Positions 25,102 to 39,260 of a stretch of DNA of 64,000 nucleotides are shown piece by piece. A model generated the notes under the pieces. It did no database searches, was not told where the DNA came from, and worked only from the letters and a program-made list of their open reading frames with translations. Position 1 is the stretch's first letter; each line of letters begins with the position of its first letter. The translations under genes were made by a program, and so were the position numbers. The DNA comes from Auanema rhodensis (lineage: Eukaryota > Animalia > Nematoda): positions 7,378,001 to 7,442,000 of the forward strand of contig OZ059899.1 in the NCBI GenBank assembly GCA_964057225.1, read 5' to 3'.

Positions 25102-28100
25102 GATTTAGTGAGATTTTAAGTTGTCTTGAAAGAAGATACCTGAAATACGGAAATCTGAGAAGGCATAAGGACAATGTTATTTCAATACAAAGTTCTAAGA
25201 AAAAAGAAGAATAAGATTTATAACAATATAAGAATATAAGAATAGTTTTCTGAATAGCATAAGCTTGCTATGAGAACAAATTTGAAAATATATTTATGAA
25301 AGTGAATAATGAAGAAAATAAAATGTTTATATATTTCATTATTGTAGTTATTTTCTCATTCTAAAACAACAAATTCAACTTTTATTTTGCAAAAAAAAAC
25401 GTTACCATCTCAACCAATGGTATCGGATCTGAAACGAAAAAAAAGAAAAGAAAGAAAAAACAACGTAGAGGTCCATATATAGCAGCGGGCCTCATGGAAT
25501 CGACAAGCTAGAGCAGTAGCACTGCTTTTTGCAGAAGGCGATGTAGTTGAAGACGACAACTGCGGAATAAGAGAATAGAAGGGAAATTGACTACAAATAG
25601 CCCATGGGAAAAAGTAAAAATATTTTAAGCGAAAAACGCTTTTCATTTATGTTTCCAGCAAATTACACGACATACACTGAGAGATACGACTTAAATAGTA
25701 AAGAAAACTTCTTTAAAATATGGAAAATGAACGAAAAATGGATTAAGAATTCATAAACTGGAAAAAAGCTAAGACCAGTTTGCACGAAACGGCCTTAAGC
25801 TTTGCTAGAAACGGGCATCAGCACGCCCTCAATGCACACTAAGCAGGCTTGCAAGGCAGTTGAGTCACAGCGTTTCATCAAGCTCCATTAAATTACTATG
25901 GAAAAAAACTTAATCCTTTGACCAAAACGTAAGTTGAGAGAATTTGTAAGAAATCTTCTATCAATATTCATTATTATTCTATAATTTTGAAATATTTTGA
26001 GTATTTCATAGCGAAAAGTTTTTTTTTTCATGAGGAAAACATTAAATATGAATGAATTCTTGTGGGAATAAAAATAGTATGCAGAATATTGAACAAAGCA
26101 TGAATGTAAATGAAATTATATCTTTGTCTTATATGTTTAAAATAAATCTTTTAGAGAAATAATGACTTATTTTATATTTTTTTTTCTCAAAAGTATACTA
26201 TTCCAGAATATTCTTTATAATCATTTTCACTATAAGAAGTGAAAATGATGATTCAATGCTGAAGCCAAATAAACTAGTAAAATGATGAATTGCAGATGTC
26301 AGAATAAGATCAGAAAATCAACAGAGATTGAAGGAAAAAGCGTAAGTCGAATTGATGATATGCCATTTCCACAAACTAAGCAAATAACAAATACAAACTA
26401 TTTTACGTGTAATTGAATGAAATTGAGAAAATAAATATCTTAGTTGCATTGTGATTGATTAAAAGAATTTGAAAGATGTACAAGAAATTATTCAAAATTT
26501 CTAAGAAAGTAAACTATTTTGCAAAGATCAAAGCTATAGAAGTCTAAGAACAGACGCTAAACTCACTCATCGTCTAACACTGACATGTGTAAGTCAGCTG
26601 TGTACGCTTTTAAATTTTTATTTCAAATCATTTTCAAACAAAAAAGAATTTAAACACATGGACAACATTGATAGTTTTTTCCAAATATTGCAAATGTGTT
26701 GTTTTCGGGGAAAACTTTTGTGAATATTTGAATGAGAATACAATTTTTATATTTGGAATTACAAAGGAAATTTTCAAAAATTGATTTCCTGATTTCTGAT
26801 TGTATCGTCCGTCAAATACAAATCGCTTTAGAGAAGAGTTTCAACTTATTATAGGCTTAATACACGAACATTTAAAGGTTTGATTTTGTTGTATTTGAAC
26901 AAATGAATTAGATGAATCATCATATGAATCATCTTTTATAAATAAATAAATTAATTATAAGATATTCTTATAAACAAATTATAATAAAATTTCAAAAAAT
27001 ATATATATATTTCTTTTAAAATTTTCTTTTATTTAAATAAACAAAGGTGTACATCGCTAAGTCTATTTTAAAAATTTAACAAGCACTAGCATTGAATTGC
27101 AAATGGAAAAAAAAAGAAAAAAAAAAGGAACCGTTTGACGTAATGCAACTATGGAAAAGTAAAATGAATGTATTCATCTAGATTGAACAAACTTTGAAAA
27201 TCGGTTTTTCACTTCAATTGTATGGATAGAATATAAATATCTATGCATATACATAGTAATATGAATATTTGAAAAAAACTGGAATTTGAATTGGACAATT
27301 CAAATATAGTTGTTGGTTACATGAGTAATTGGAGTAAGACTAAGAGTGGCAGGACAGCCTGCTAACAATTGAAGTAGGGCAGGTATGATATCATCATAAT
27401 AGTAATTGTAATAATTATAATTTATAGTCCGTGTATAAATTGCCTTCTAATTGTTCTAAAATTGAATAAAAAAAAGAAGAAATAGCTTTAAAATACTTAT
27501 ATGAGTCATACATTTGGAATAAAACAATATAGAAAAGATATTCTAAATAAAGATATAGTTGTATAAGAAATAGTTTTTATTTATTAATTTATTTAGTTAA
27601 TAATAATAAAATATTTGATGTTTCTATGAAATAAAGTGAAATAAATATCCTTGACAACGTCAAAGTAAGGATTCTAAAGTGAAACAAGTGGAATAAGCAT
27701 TTATGTTTACATCTAATATTTCTAAATATTTCATATTTTTCTTATAATTTTATTGACTGAATAAGATACTTTAAAAGAAATATTATAAATATATATAATA
27801 TAAATATAAAATAAAAACATTTGAATGAGGGACGCCATCATCGTCACACAAAACTCGATGTCCCACTGCGCCCTTTTATACCTTCTGTTATGTCAAAGAT
27901 CAAGTTATATAGAGTGTATATGAATTAAAGAGAGTTACAGACAGTTAGACATAGACTGTTTCTGTATGTTCGGTCAAGGCTCTTGTAGGCGGAGAGAAGA
28001 CTCATGTCAATTGAATCATATGATCTTTGGAATAAAACCCTCTATCTCTCTATCTATCTATCTCTTTTTCCTTTTTTTTCTTTCATACTCTCTTCTGTTT

Positions 28101-29296
28101 TCAATGATTTTTCATATCTCTCTATTCTAAATAATGAATTATTTTCTTTAATCATTTACTCTTTTAATCTTTTTTTTTCTTTTAACTTTTCCTTTCATTT
28201 AACAATTCTTACAGATAGTTATCAATCCAAAAATGATTTGAAATCCAGTTGATTTATAACACTTGATACACGTGTCTATCAAAACGTTTTTGTTTCATCA
28301 ATAATAACATTTGAAACTCTCGAATAATCCTATCAATATGTAAATGAAAAAAAAATAATTTCTCAAACAAGTTTAAAACTAAAAAACTTTTTTTCAATCA
28401 AATATTGAATTCAAATAAACCTTTTCGTATAACTTTTATCACATTTTCTCATGTTATTTCCGACTTTTTTTCGTAGAAATATTGATATAACATAGATGAA
28501 TTAGTTCAAATTCTTATTCATTTTTATACAAATTTAGAGGATACTTAGCATTTTCATGTAATTTATTTAATTTGAAATCTTTAAAAATGGCAATTGAAGC
28601 AATTTTATGTTAGATTTAGTCATTTGATCTTTCAACTGTTTGGTCTTTAACCATATTTGAGATTTTTTCGTTTCATCTTTGACATCTTTATATTATATAA
28701 AGAAATATAGAATGTTATATTGAATAGTTATTCAAAATTTAATAAATAATATAAGAAAATGTTTACTTTGTGCTTAGAAGGACAGTGTAATTTCAAAAGA
28801 AATCAAGATATATTTACTTTCCCGATTGATAACAAAGATGACAAGAAACCATCAAAAGGTTAGTATGCATAGACTTTTGAAGATCATTCAGTGAACAAAC
28901 CTAGAATTTGAACTTATAGTTACATATAATATACATATAATTAAATAAATATAATAGAATATATTAAATAAGAAGATTATAAAGAAAATGTAAATGAAAG
29001 TGATGTAGTATATGCATATGCAAGTTCAACAACAATGAATACTGTTGACAGTTCTATATAAGTATTTATATTTCAAATATGAAAAACAAAATATTATATA
29101 TTTTAAAAATTAAAATTTAATTTTTTATTGTTTTCATTATAATTATATAAAAAATGGACAAAATATGAATAAGCAGCAAATTTACAGAATTTTGTTCACG
29201 CATGGTGATATCACTACAGATTGAATGATGGGACTACATGAAAAACAAGAAAAATATTTCAAATTTCGCAAAGAAAAATATTTTTCATTATTTTTA

Positions 29297-30322
29297 TTAA
29301 TTTGGTACTGATATAAGAGTATGGCCAAGAAGTTGTTCTAGTTGATGAATAGCATGAATAGGAGCTTCTCGTTCAACCTGAATACAAATGAATTTACATA
29401 AAATATAATTTAATAAGATTTAAGAAAACTTTACCTGAATTGTGTTCCAAGCTAATTCATCACGTGGATAATCAAGATTTTCTGGTTGGTCATCTAGGAA
29501 AACTATTTCAGATCCAGCAGCTTGAGCACGTGACTCTGTTAACTGAAACGAAACTTTTTTTTTAACAAAAAATTATAAAAAGAAATTAAAAAAAGAAATA
29601 TATAATATTACATGATATATTTGACCATCAGGTTTCATACACTTTTCAACTGATGACTCAATAATACAATCAAATAATTTTGAATCAATTGGAACTCTAG
29701 GTAATTTCCCTTCCTAAATTATATAAATTTCTATATATAATAAATATAAATTACCTTATCTATATAAAAATTATTTGTTAAAAGTACGGTTTTATAACCT
29801 TTTTTACGTAATTCTATTATGGCTTCAACCATACATTCATTCTATAAATAAGAAATTTCCAACAGATTGTATTATATTCTATTACCATATCTGGGTTACC
29901 TAATATCCAATCTTGTATAGGAGTAAAATTTGATGGAAGGGTTAAATTATACTTAATTTAAAAGATTTTGAATATAATTTTAATTAATAATATTTACTTT
30001 TTCTTTTGCAAACTCAGCTATAAGTTTCTCAAATTCTTCAGCAGCCATTTTACCTTCAAATACTGTTTTATAACAAATAGGTGCAGAACTCTTGAAAATG
30101 ATTATTTAAAATTTAATTTTTATAAGAATTTTTTACTTGTGGAGAAAAAAGATCCATAAGAATCGCTTGATCAATATTAAGTTTATCTGATGAACCTGAA
30201 GCAATAATAAATATATAATATAATAAAATAAAATGAAATGAAAAACCTTTCAAAACTTTATGAAGACTTTCATAATTCATGATAACTCCACCAAAATCGA
30301 ACACAACACATTTGATAGTCAT
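29297..30322 (-). CDS. HAD-superfamily phosphatase (soluble epoxide hydrolase N-terminal/ACAD10-like), multi-exon
   Basis: Motif I KCVVFDFGGVI, motif II LTNNF, motif III ESSVEKCMKPDGQIY, motif IV IVFLDDQPENL. Confidence 0.85.
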
Positions 30323-30565
30323 TATATTCTTGAACAAAATATATTTTGTTTGAAGTTAATAACAACAATTAGAAAAGCTATCTATTTTCAAATTAAAGGA
30401 AAAAAAAGATTTTATAGGAGAGAAACATCTGCTGCCAGCATCATTGCTCATAAACTGAGATTATATACTACATATGGATTCGATAACAAGTTGTTAATTT
30501 GATCACAAAATGGCATAATATATTCGAAAATAGATAATAATCACAATAAACCTATTGAAAACGAT

Positions 30566-30598
<33 letters not shown>
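30566..30598. repeat. (GA)n microsatellite
   Basis: GA dinucleotide run with one interruption. Confidence 0.85.
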
Positions 30599-31246
30599 AC
30601 ACTATTAAAAAAAAAGATCCTTCATTGAGTTAATTAAAAGAAAATATTAGTTGATACAGAGAGTATCACTATCTATGTTCAGCATGGAACAAGTTTTTTT
30701 TAAAATTTCGTTTTAAAATTGCAGTAAAATGTTTATATTTGAACTAATAATGGGTGTGTTAACTATTTAATATTTACTTATATTTTTTATGGTATAGTTA
30801 AGGTTTAGTTATAAGATTAAAAAAAATAAAATAAATATATATTTCTTTATATATCTACATATACATGTATGTATGTATGTATTATATATAAAATTAAATA
30901 AAGAAAACTGAATTATTTGATTATATTTCTGAGACAGAATTTTTCTTTTTTTTTCTCTGAAGTTTCTCTAAATTATTTCAATATACATATATTATACGTA
31001 TATTGATACATATATAAATTGAAAAATATCTTCTGAACACAAAGTAACTACAAAGATAAATCTCAATGTGATTGGCTGAAACATTTTATTTTTGAAATAT
31101 ATATAAGCAATCACACTGTTATTTTGCTCATAAGAATAATGATCTAAAAGTAATAACTTTTATATTTATATATTATAATAGTACAATATAAATAAACAAA
31201 CAAATAATTTATTTAAAAATGAAAGAATATTATATAATAATATGCA

Positions 31247-33777
31247 TTATGATGAAGGTAATTCCATATATCCATCATATATCTTTGAATGTTTACGTCT
31301 TAAACATGCCATTATAATAGCTGTTATACCAACAAAGATTATTAATCCAAATAATATATAAGTTATAATTGAAATTTTAATTTTTTGTTCAGTATCATTG
31401 CTTGATTCTTCAATATTCACATCATTTAAACTCTAAAATATAAATATATTATATATATAAATAACGTAAAACATACAATTATTGTTAATTGATTATCAAA
31501 ATCTTTTAAATCTTTTAACCAATAATTAATAATATCATAATGATATAAAGTTTTCATTTTAGGATATAATGAAGTTGTTAAATTAACATCAATATTAAAA
31601 TATGTTGTTAATTTTGGATCAAATATAGTCCAATCTAAAAAAATTTTTTAATTTATTTTGTAAAATTATATTAAAGATTACTTTCATTAGGTTCATTTCT
31701 TACTGTGAAATTTACCAAATATTCAGAATAAACTGAATCCACATATTCTTCTTCTGGGGTTAAATCATGTTTATGTGTTCCAATAAAGTACATCATATCA
31801 CTTGCATGAAAAGCAAGATCGGGATAAAGTCTTAAATACAAAAATTTGAAAGAGAGAGAGAAAGAGAGAGAGAGAAAGAAAAAGAGAAATTAAGAACTAA
31901 CCCATATTCGTAAAGGTATACGTTCGACCCTGTTTTCAGTAATTCAGAAGCACAAATATAGTTTGAAACAAAAATAATATTAGAATAATAACTATAAGCA
32001 GGACGATTTTCTGATAAATATTACAGCTATAACTAGGTTTGATAAACACTAATGAAACCTTTCAATGCTTCTTCAAAATCTTGCTTAAACTTTTTTTTGA
32101 TTTCTGTTTTATGATTAAAGTCCATAAAATCATTATAAAAATGATTATCATCACTTCCATATTCTTTTGCTGTATTACCAATTATAGCATTTCGCTTCTA
32201 AATATTTATAATTTGAATAAAGATAGTTTATAAATCATAATATTATTATAACTTACAGGTGGATTATACATGAATCCAGTTTCATCTTCTAGAACAAATG
32301 GTGAACTATATTGAGTACCAGTAAATAACATTTTATCTTTTTCTACATCTTGTTGTGCTTTCATTAAAGTAAAAGAATCTTTAGATTTTAAACAGTTCAA
32401 TTCATCTAATTCATTTGGTCCTTCACACTGTAACAGTTCAGATTAGAGTACTTTCCATTTAAAACTTTTTTTTTAATGATATGATGTTTCTCTTTCTTAA
32501 AATTATTGAACTGATTATGAACTAAAGAACATAAAGTTCATATCAATTCATTTTATAGTAAAAATTTCTTTTTTTTTGAATTATTTACAATTTCTCTGAT
32601 TTTGATATTTAAAATCAAAAATGAAAACAAACCCCTAATATCTTAATATATGCTCGTGTTGCTTCTTTAGCTATATCAGTTGGTGTCCATGAAACTGTAC
32701 CACCTATAGATATGATATTTTGGAATAATTCAGAATTCGGATCAATATGTCTATAAAAAATATATATTTTTTTATAATAATAAAACATATTTTGTTTGAA
32801 AAATCAATGATTTACTTAGAAAAACCCATTTGTAGTGTTGAAGTTGCACCAGCCGAATGACCCATTACAGTTATGTCGCTTGAATTTCCCCCAAAATCAT
32901 GAACTATTTTTTTGATAAATTTCAATGATTCAATCATATCTGAGAAACATAGTTATAAGCTATTTTTTCATTTAAAACAATGAAAAAACCTAATATAGCC
33001 AAGTTTCTGGGAACTAATGTATCGTTATCAAAAGCAAGTAAACCAAATGACCCTAATCTATATCCGGGAGCAATAAAAACAATATCTAAACAAGAAATAC
33101 AAATATTCATTTAAAGCAATAGATTTGAAAAAAAAAATGTAAATTTACCGTTTGAAACATATCTTTCGATCAAAAAAGTATCATTGAATTGAACAGCTGA
33201 ACCATAATTTATTTCACCTCCATGAATATACACAAGCACCGGACAACTAGAGGTCTAAAATAAGTATGAAAATAATAAAAAAATATTTAAAACATAAAAT
33301 TACCAAACACTTTTCACTTGTAAATATATTCAAATGTAGACAATCCTCACTTATATATTTTTGTAAAGTTCTTGCATGTGAAGTGTTTGTCATACAAGCT
33401 GGACTGAAAAAAATAAATAAATAACATAGAAAAAATGTAGGTAAATTAGGTTATTTTAGTATTAATCAAAAATAATAAAATCATACCCATACTCAGTACC
33501 ATCCAAAATATCGTTCCAATATGTCATGCTAACAGGCTTTGCGAATCGAAGTTGCCCAGTTGGAGATTGAGCATAAGGAACTTTCTATATACATAAGTAT
33601 AGTTTTAAATTTTGAGAAAACTTTATAACAAACTTTAAAAATATGAAAAACTTCTTTTTCATAAATCATAGATGTTCCACGTATTTTTCCAAATATTGTA
33701 TCAATTTCAAATGAATATACATAATAAAAATTTATAATTAATATAATTAGAGTAAGGAAATAATATATAGAACTCAT
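31247..33777 (-). CDS. Type-B carboxylesterase with signal peptide and C-terminal TM helix, multi-exon
   Basis: Signal MSSIYYFLTLIILIINFYYVYS, TIFGKIRG, PYAQSPTGQLRFAKP, SEDCLHLNIF, VYIHGG, GYRLGSFG, FGGNSSDITVMGHSAG (nucleophile elbow ~32848-32862), AFHASDM (catalytic His), C-terminal hydrophobic helix followed by RRKH. Confidence 0.9.
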
Positions 33778-35429
33778 TTGACTTTAGAGTACAGATAGAA
33801 AATAATTCCTAATTGCTTACATTATTATGATAAAGTAGTTAAAATATAATGATAAGATAATAAGTTAAAGTCATAATATTGTATAAATAGTATATCAATT
33901 CATATATTATGTACTTTATTTGTTATTCTTTTATTTATATTTATAAAATAATAATCATTTACTTCCTTTTATTATCATTTCTTTGAAATATTCTTTGATA
34001 TCAAGATATTATTCAATATTATTCATATATTTCTTATTTAAAAAAATAAAAACTATATGAATTCTCATGTGAATCATGAGAAGATTCAATCTATGATCTT
34101 CTTCTTTATGATTTAATAATGAATGCAGAAACGGTACAGTTGACTTTTCTATTTTGAATACATGTCGTCACATCTTTATTCAAATTTTTCTATTTTAAAT
34201 AATCTATGACGTAAATGATTTTTTATAATTTAAAAATAGTATATCATGAAATAAAAATATTATATATTCAAAAGTTTTTATACTAAAGACGTAAAACTTG
34301 CATTATATTTGATTTATACATGAAATATAGATATGGACCAACTATATTATTTCAAAGATACATCTTTTAGCTATGAAAAACTTTTCTATTCAATGATATT
34401 CATTAAATTGAAAATTTGCTTCAGAAATATAATTTAATATAATAATAATTATATGTAAATATATATATTTATTAGTGTATTATTTAAGTAAAAATCATAA
34501 TAATAGTGTTAAATATTATCTCTCCCTTCAACCATGTCTTTTTCGTTTAAACTTGAACTCTAACAAAGAATCACTGTCTACTTCGCGTTGTAAATATTGA
34601 ACGGATGAAAAGGAGGAAGTTAGTTTGAGCCAAGTGTCATTTTTTGTCTTTTTCTTTGTAATCTCTTAAAACATTCATTATATTTTCTTGTCTTTTGTTA
34701 ATTTCAAGAAGAAATATCCTTTTTATCATATCACTCATTTATCTTTTGTTCAAGCTTATCTTTAATTATTTCAATTGATCTAGATCTTTAATCTTAAAAT
34801 AAATCAGAGATATAAATAAATAATTTTCATTTTATTATTATTTTTTTGTATTTTTTTTTTCTAAATTTTATAATAAATATATATATTTTTATTAATTATA
34901 TCGAAATTAATATAACAAAAATGTCATAATGTATATGAAATACAAAATGTTTAAACTGAAATTTAATGATAATTCATCATCAGCTTAATCTACATAACTG
35001 AAGTATACTAAATGAAATCAACGAAATATATGTATATGTATATCTACAGATAAAACAATATTACTTAAAGATTATAATATAAACATTTCACTAAAACTTC
35101 TATATACGTATCTGTATAGTTAGGGAATGTAGCTGATGAATCGGATGTGCAGCCTATAGCTGATAGCCTCCGGGGCATATTGTTTGTTTCAAAGTAAATT
35201 TGGCCATAGAATACGAGAAAAGAGCAAATTTTTCAAATATAAAGTTTCAATAGAAAGAAGGATGATAGTTGGCAGTGAAATTAAGGCTGTGTCATAGTTA
35301 AGTATACAGATATTGGCTAAAGAAAGCCATAATAAATTGATTTGTATGAATTATAACATGAAGTTTGAGAACTTTATCTAATATTCCTAAAATATAAATC
35401 TAAAAAATCAACAAATCGACAAATACATG

Positions 35430-35431
<2 letters not shown>

Positions 35432-35479
<48 letters not shown>
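35432..35479. repeat. (AT)n microsatellite
   Basis: About 24 AT units, in or near the globin 3' UTR. Confidence 0.9.
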
Positions 35480-35482
<3 letters not shown>

Positions 35483-35716
35483 CTTTATTTATATGTTTTA
35501 TATATGTATAATATTTGTATATTTTTTTTCTTCAAAAGAAAAAATATAAATATACAATGATATTATCATTAACATATAACACCCGTAGGGCATTTGGTAT
35601 AAACCATATGTTCTTTTGAAGAGCATTGTGCCTGATTAAGCGAAAATATTGACAGTTATCATACATTAGAGCATGAATTAATACTTATTGTAATAAAAAT
35701 ATTTTGAAAATAGAAA

Positions 35717-38562
35717 TTATTCGAATATAGGACGTTGTCGATATGTGACCAAAGCTTGACCGGTGTTATAGATACTAGTTGTTGGGGTTGAATTGAGAAC
35801 AGGAGCCATTATATTGATGGAGCCAGTTGCTGAAAGTATCAAATATAAGATTTTGATTTTACTTTTTATCTTTTTATTTATGAAAATTAAAAAAAAATAA
35901 ATTTAACAAACTTCTTGGTAGTGTACCATTAGCTGATCCTCCATTCGATTCATTAGATGTTAATGATTGACTTCGAGATGATTGTGAAGCAGGAGGTGCT
36001 GTGAGACCATTTGATGTAGATGAACGTTTGAAAGTTTGACTTTGAGTTGATGATGTCATAACATAAGTGGAAGATGTCATAACAATAGTAGATTCCTAAA
36101 TAAATGAATATTATATATATCTATATCTGTATATAAATATATAAATCTTACATGATTTGTATTATTTTGTTCACATTGTTCTTGAGAATCAATTGTTTTT
36201 TGTCTTTGTAATATTTTTCGTGAAGACATACGATGTTTTCTTAAAGCTGTATAGTAACCGTCTCTTACAGCTGAAAACATTAATGTGACCAATGATGACC
36301 AAGCTGCTACTGTATCAGCAGGCTGAAATACAAAATGTTCTTTCAAATTATATTCTCTGATAAATAGTTCTAACCTGATGATTAGCCATATCAAGTATAA
36401 CACCTTCTACTGTGATTGCATCAGCAATAGCCACCCAAAAATCAGGTTTAAATCCAAATTGTTTTAATTCTACATGATCTTCTCCATATTTTTTTGAAAT
36501 TTCAGCTATATACTCTGGATCATACAACTGAAATATGAGAATTAATTGAATTAAAAGTAAGAAAAAGTGCTTTTCAGTTGTTTTGTTTGAATAAAGAAAA
36601 GGCAAAGTTGTACTTATTCTTCTTAATTAATGTATATGGATTCATTTATTTGATATTCGTAGTATTTGAAAAGAATCGAAATAACATATTCTTAAGATTG
36701 ATGTTGTTTAAGGAAGTTCAATGAGTGCGAAGAATTCAGTTATTTCAACATCATACATAGTCATTTTAATTCTTTAGAAAATAACTTTAATTTCTCTTTC
36801 TTCTTTTCTTTTATTATATATATAAATAGTAATTCTTTGAATATTATTATAAATGAATAAAAGAATTATCATTTTATTATTATTTTCCTGAAAAAAAAAT
36901 ATAGAATACCCACACATTGCAACCAAAAGTGGATAAACAAAAAACGACCTCCATTGAGCTTAAAAGTATGAGTCCCAAATGTAAAAAAAAACGGATTTAA
37001 AATGTGATGGATGACCAGAAATGGGAATATCAAAAGCTTATGCTGAGTAACATTTCATAGATCAAGAACTATGAATGGGAACCGTTAGCAAGTTCAGACG
37101 TATTTCACTTTTTTTTTCGTTTAAAACACTATTTCTATTAGACATAGTTTGTTTATAAAAGTTATTTCCCATATAATATGTAGTAAAGGCATTTGTGTTG
37201 CAAAAAAGATTTTTATGAAGTTGCAAAAATCAAAATAAAGGTTCAAAAAATAGAATTTTAGAATAAATTAAATATAAATTGAAATAAAAGATTTATACCT
37301 TATCTACTACTTCTTCAATTAAAGTTTTTAATTCGCAACTCATATTGTATGATCGCTCTTTACCCATTGAATAAACATAATTTTGATAATCACCACGTTT
37401 TTCAAAAATTCGTTGTAAAACCTGAAAAGAAAAACGAAAATAAATCAAATTGGAAATATAAGAAATGGAATTTTGAAAAGGTTTATTTGGAAAAAAACAA
37501 TTTAGATAGGATACTAGGGTTGTTACCTTGTTTGCGAATTCGGAATGTGGATTCTCGAAACACGTAGTAATAATTTCTCGTCCTTGCGGTGAAATAGGAT
37601 GAGAAATGTCCCTTCGAATAGATTTTTGCCGAGATACACTGAAGCTATTAAATGAATATAATTATATAATTTAAGAAAAAAGTATTAAATACTCTCTGAA
37701 ATATTTTTTTTCCAAATTTTATTCGAAATTCTTAAGATGATGCTGAGCTTTAAAAACAATAATAATACATTCACATAATCTTCTCATTAAAATAATTTTT
37801 TTTTAAAAAGAAACCGAAATTGGTGCATCCCGGGCATTAGATAAAATTTGGATTGTCAGTGCCATGAAAGAAAAGACTAAGACAAGATATAGCTAAATCT
37901 GATGACGTCATCATGGGTAATATATGCCCGAGGGAGTAATATCTGACGGGCTCTTCTTCAACAATCATCCAATTTTCACAGATGATGTGTGACAACGACA
38001 TAAAAGTTTAAAGGTTCAAGTATTGGTATAGAACTTGAAGAATATGTTTTAAAATATAAATTTATACTAAGATTAAGCTTAAATATCAAAAATTGCACAA
38101 CAGTTCTTAAGAATATTCTTATCAACAATATAAATATAAATAAAAAGATTTTTAAAAAGAATCATCTGTGTGTGAACTTTCAAATAAAAACCTTAAAACT
38201 TCTAACATGCTTATTATGATATATTAGCATTCAAAATTTTAGACACGAACGGAAATAATTATTTTTAATGCCGACAAGGAAGTTAAGAGCAACTCCCTTT
38301 CTCTCTTTGGAATTTTTCTTTCTTTTTTTTTTTGAAATAATAAAAATGGATTCTGAAGTTTTGAAAAGAAAATTTACCTTGCTTTAGTTGAATCTTTCGA
38401 TTGTAATCTCGGTCGATCTTTACCATTACCAGAAGATTGTCGTACTTTTTTTGGAGCTAATTCAACCATTGATTTGCTTTTATTAAATGATTGCTCCGAA
38501 CTATTCTTGATTTGCATTGATTCTGATCGTTGTCGTAGTTTTGAGCTATTAGAATTACCCAT
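35717..38562 (-). CDS. Nematode globin-like protein with N-myristoylation signal and N/C extensions (possibly glb-20-like)
   Basis: MGNSNSSK..; globin fold ISPQGREIITTCF..EFANK|VLQRIFEKRGDYQ..|LYDPEYIAEISKKYGEDHVELKQFGFKPDFWVAIADAI..|PADTVAAWSSLVTLMFSAVRDGY, with proximal His in GEDH; Ser/Thr-rich tail ending RPIFE*. Confidence 0.85.
37900..37913. promoter_or_regulatory. Extended palindromic CRE (TGATGACGTCATCA) in globin intron 1
   Basis: 14-bp perfect palindrome with a TGACGTCA core, inside a GC-richer island of the intron. Confidence 0.35.
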
Positions 38563-39205
38563 TATTCTGTGACAGTATAAACTGAAATTTATGAAAAAAT
38601 TAAAAAAAAGAATAATTTTAACAAACAAAATTGTTTTGAAGAAGAAATTTTACGAAGAATTATTATGGAAATTAATTAGAAATTCTAAGGTAATTTCAAT
38701 GTATATTTGAAAAAATTATACATAAAAAATATATTTGTTAGTAATTGATTGTAATAACTTGTAGTTTAGAGTTGGAAAAACACATATACAGTGAAAATTG
38801 CCTTCAGAAATAACTTTATTCTGTCATGAACTCAATAAATTGCTTTAGAAAGCAAGTCTAACTCTAATAGCTTGAAATTCTAATAGAATTATAGCAATTT
38901 GGCTAAAAAAAGAAATCTGACAGCATAGTTAAAAGGAAAAAGAGCAACGAGTCACACGAAAACATGAGAAAATGGCAAAAAAAAATTGAGAAAAAGAAAA
39001 CAAATTGAAAGAACAAGCTGATGAGATTCAAGTAACGTCACTTCGTTATGACTATGATGATATTGAAACCCAAAATTAACTAAAGCTGAAAAAGAGGGTA
39101 ATGCAGCAGAAAATACTTAGAAATTCGTTAGAATAGAAAAGATAATAATAGGAGAAAAATAGATTGATAGCCATAATAGAAAGTTATGAGAAAAAGAAGA
39201 AGTAA

Positions 39206-39260
39206 TGAGAGAAAGAGAGAGAGAAAGAGAGGGAGAGAGAGAGAGAGAGGGGGGGGGGGG
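39206..39260. repeat. (GA)n tract followed by a poly-G run
   Basis: Imperfect GA repeat then ~12 G. Confidence 0.8.

Noticed and set aside
29297-33777. Extremely AT-rich HAD and esterase genes as possible horizontal transfers
   Set aside because: Both have many canonical short introns and belong to families common in nematodes.
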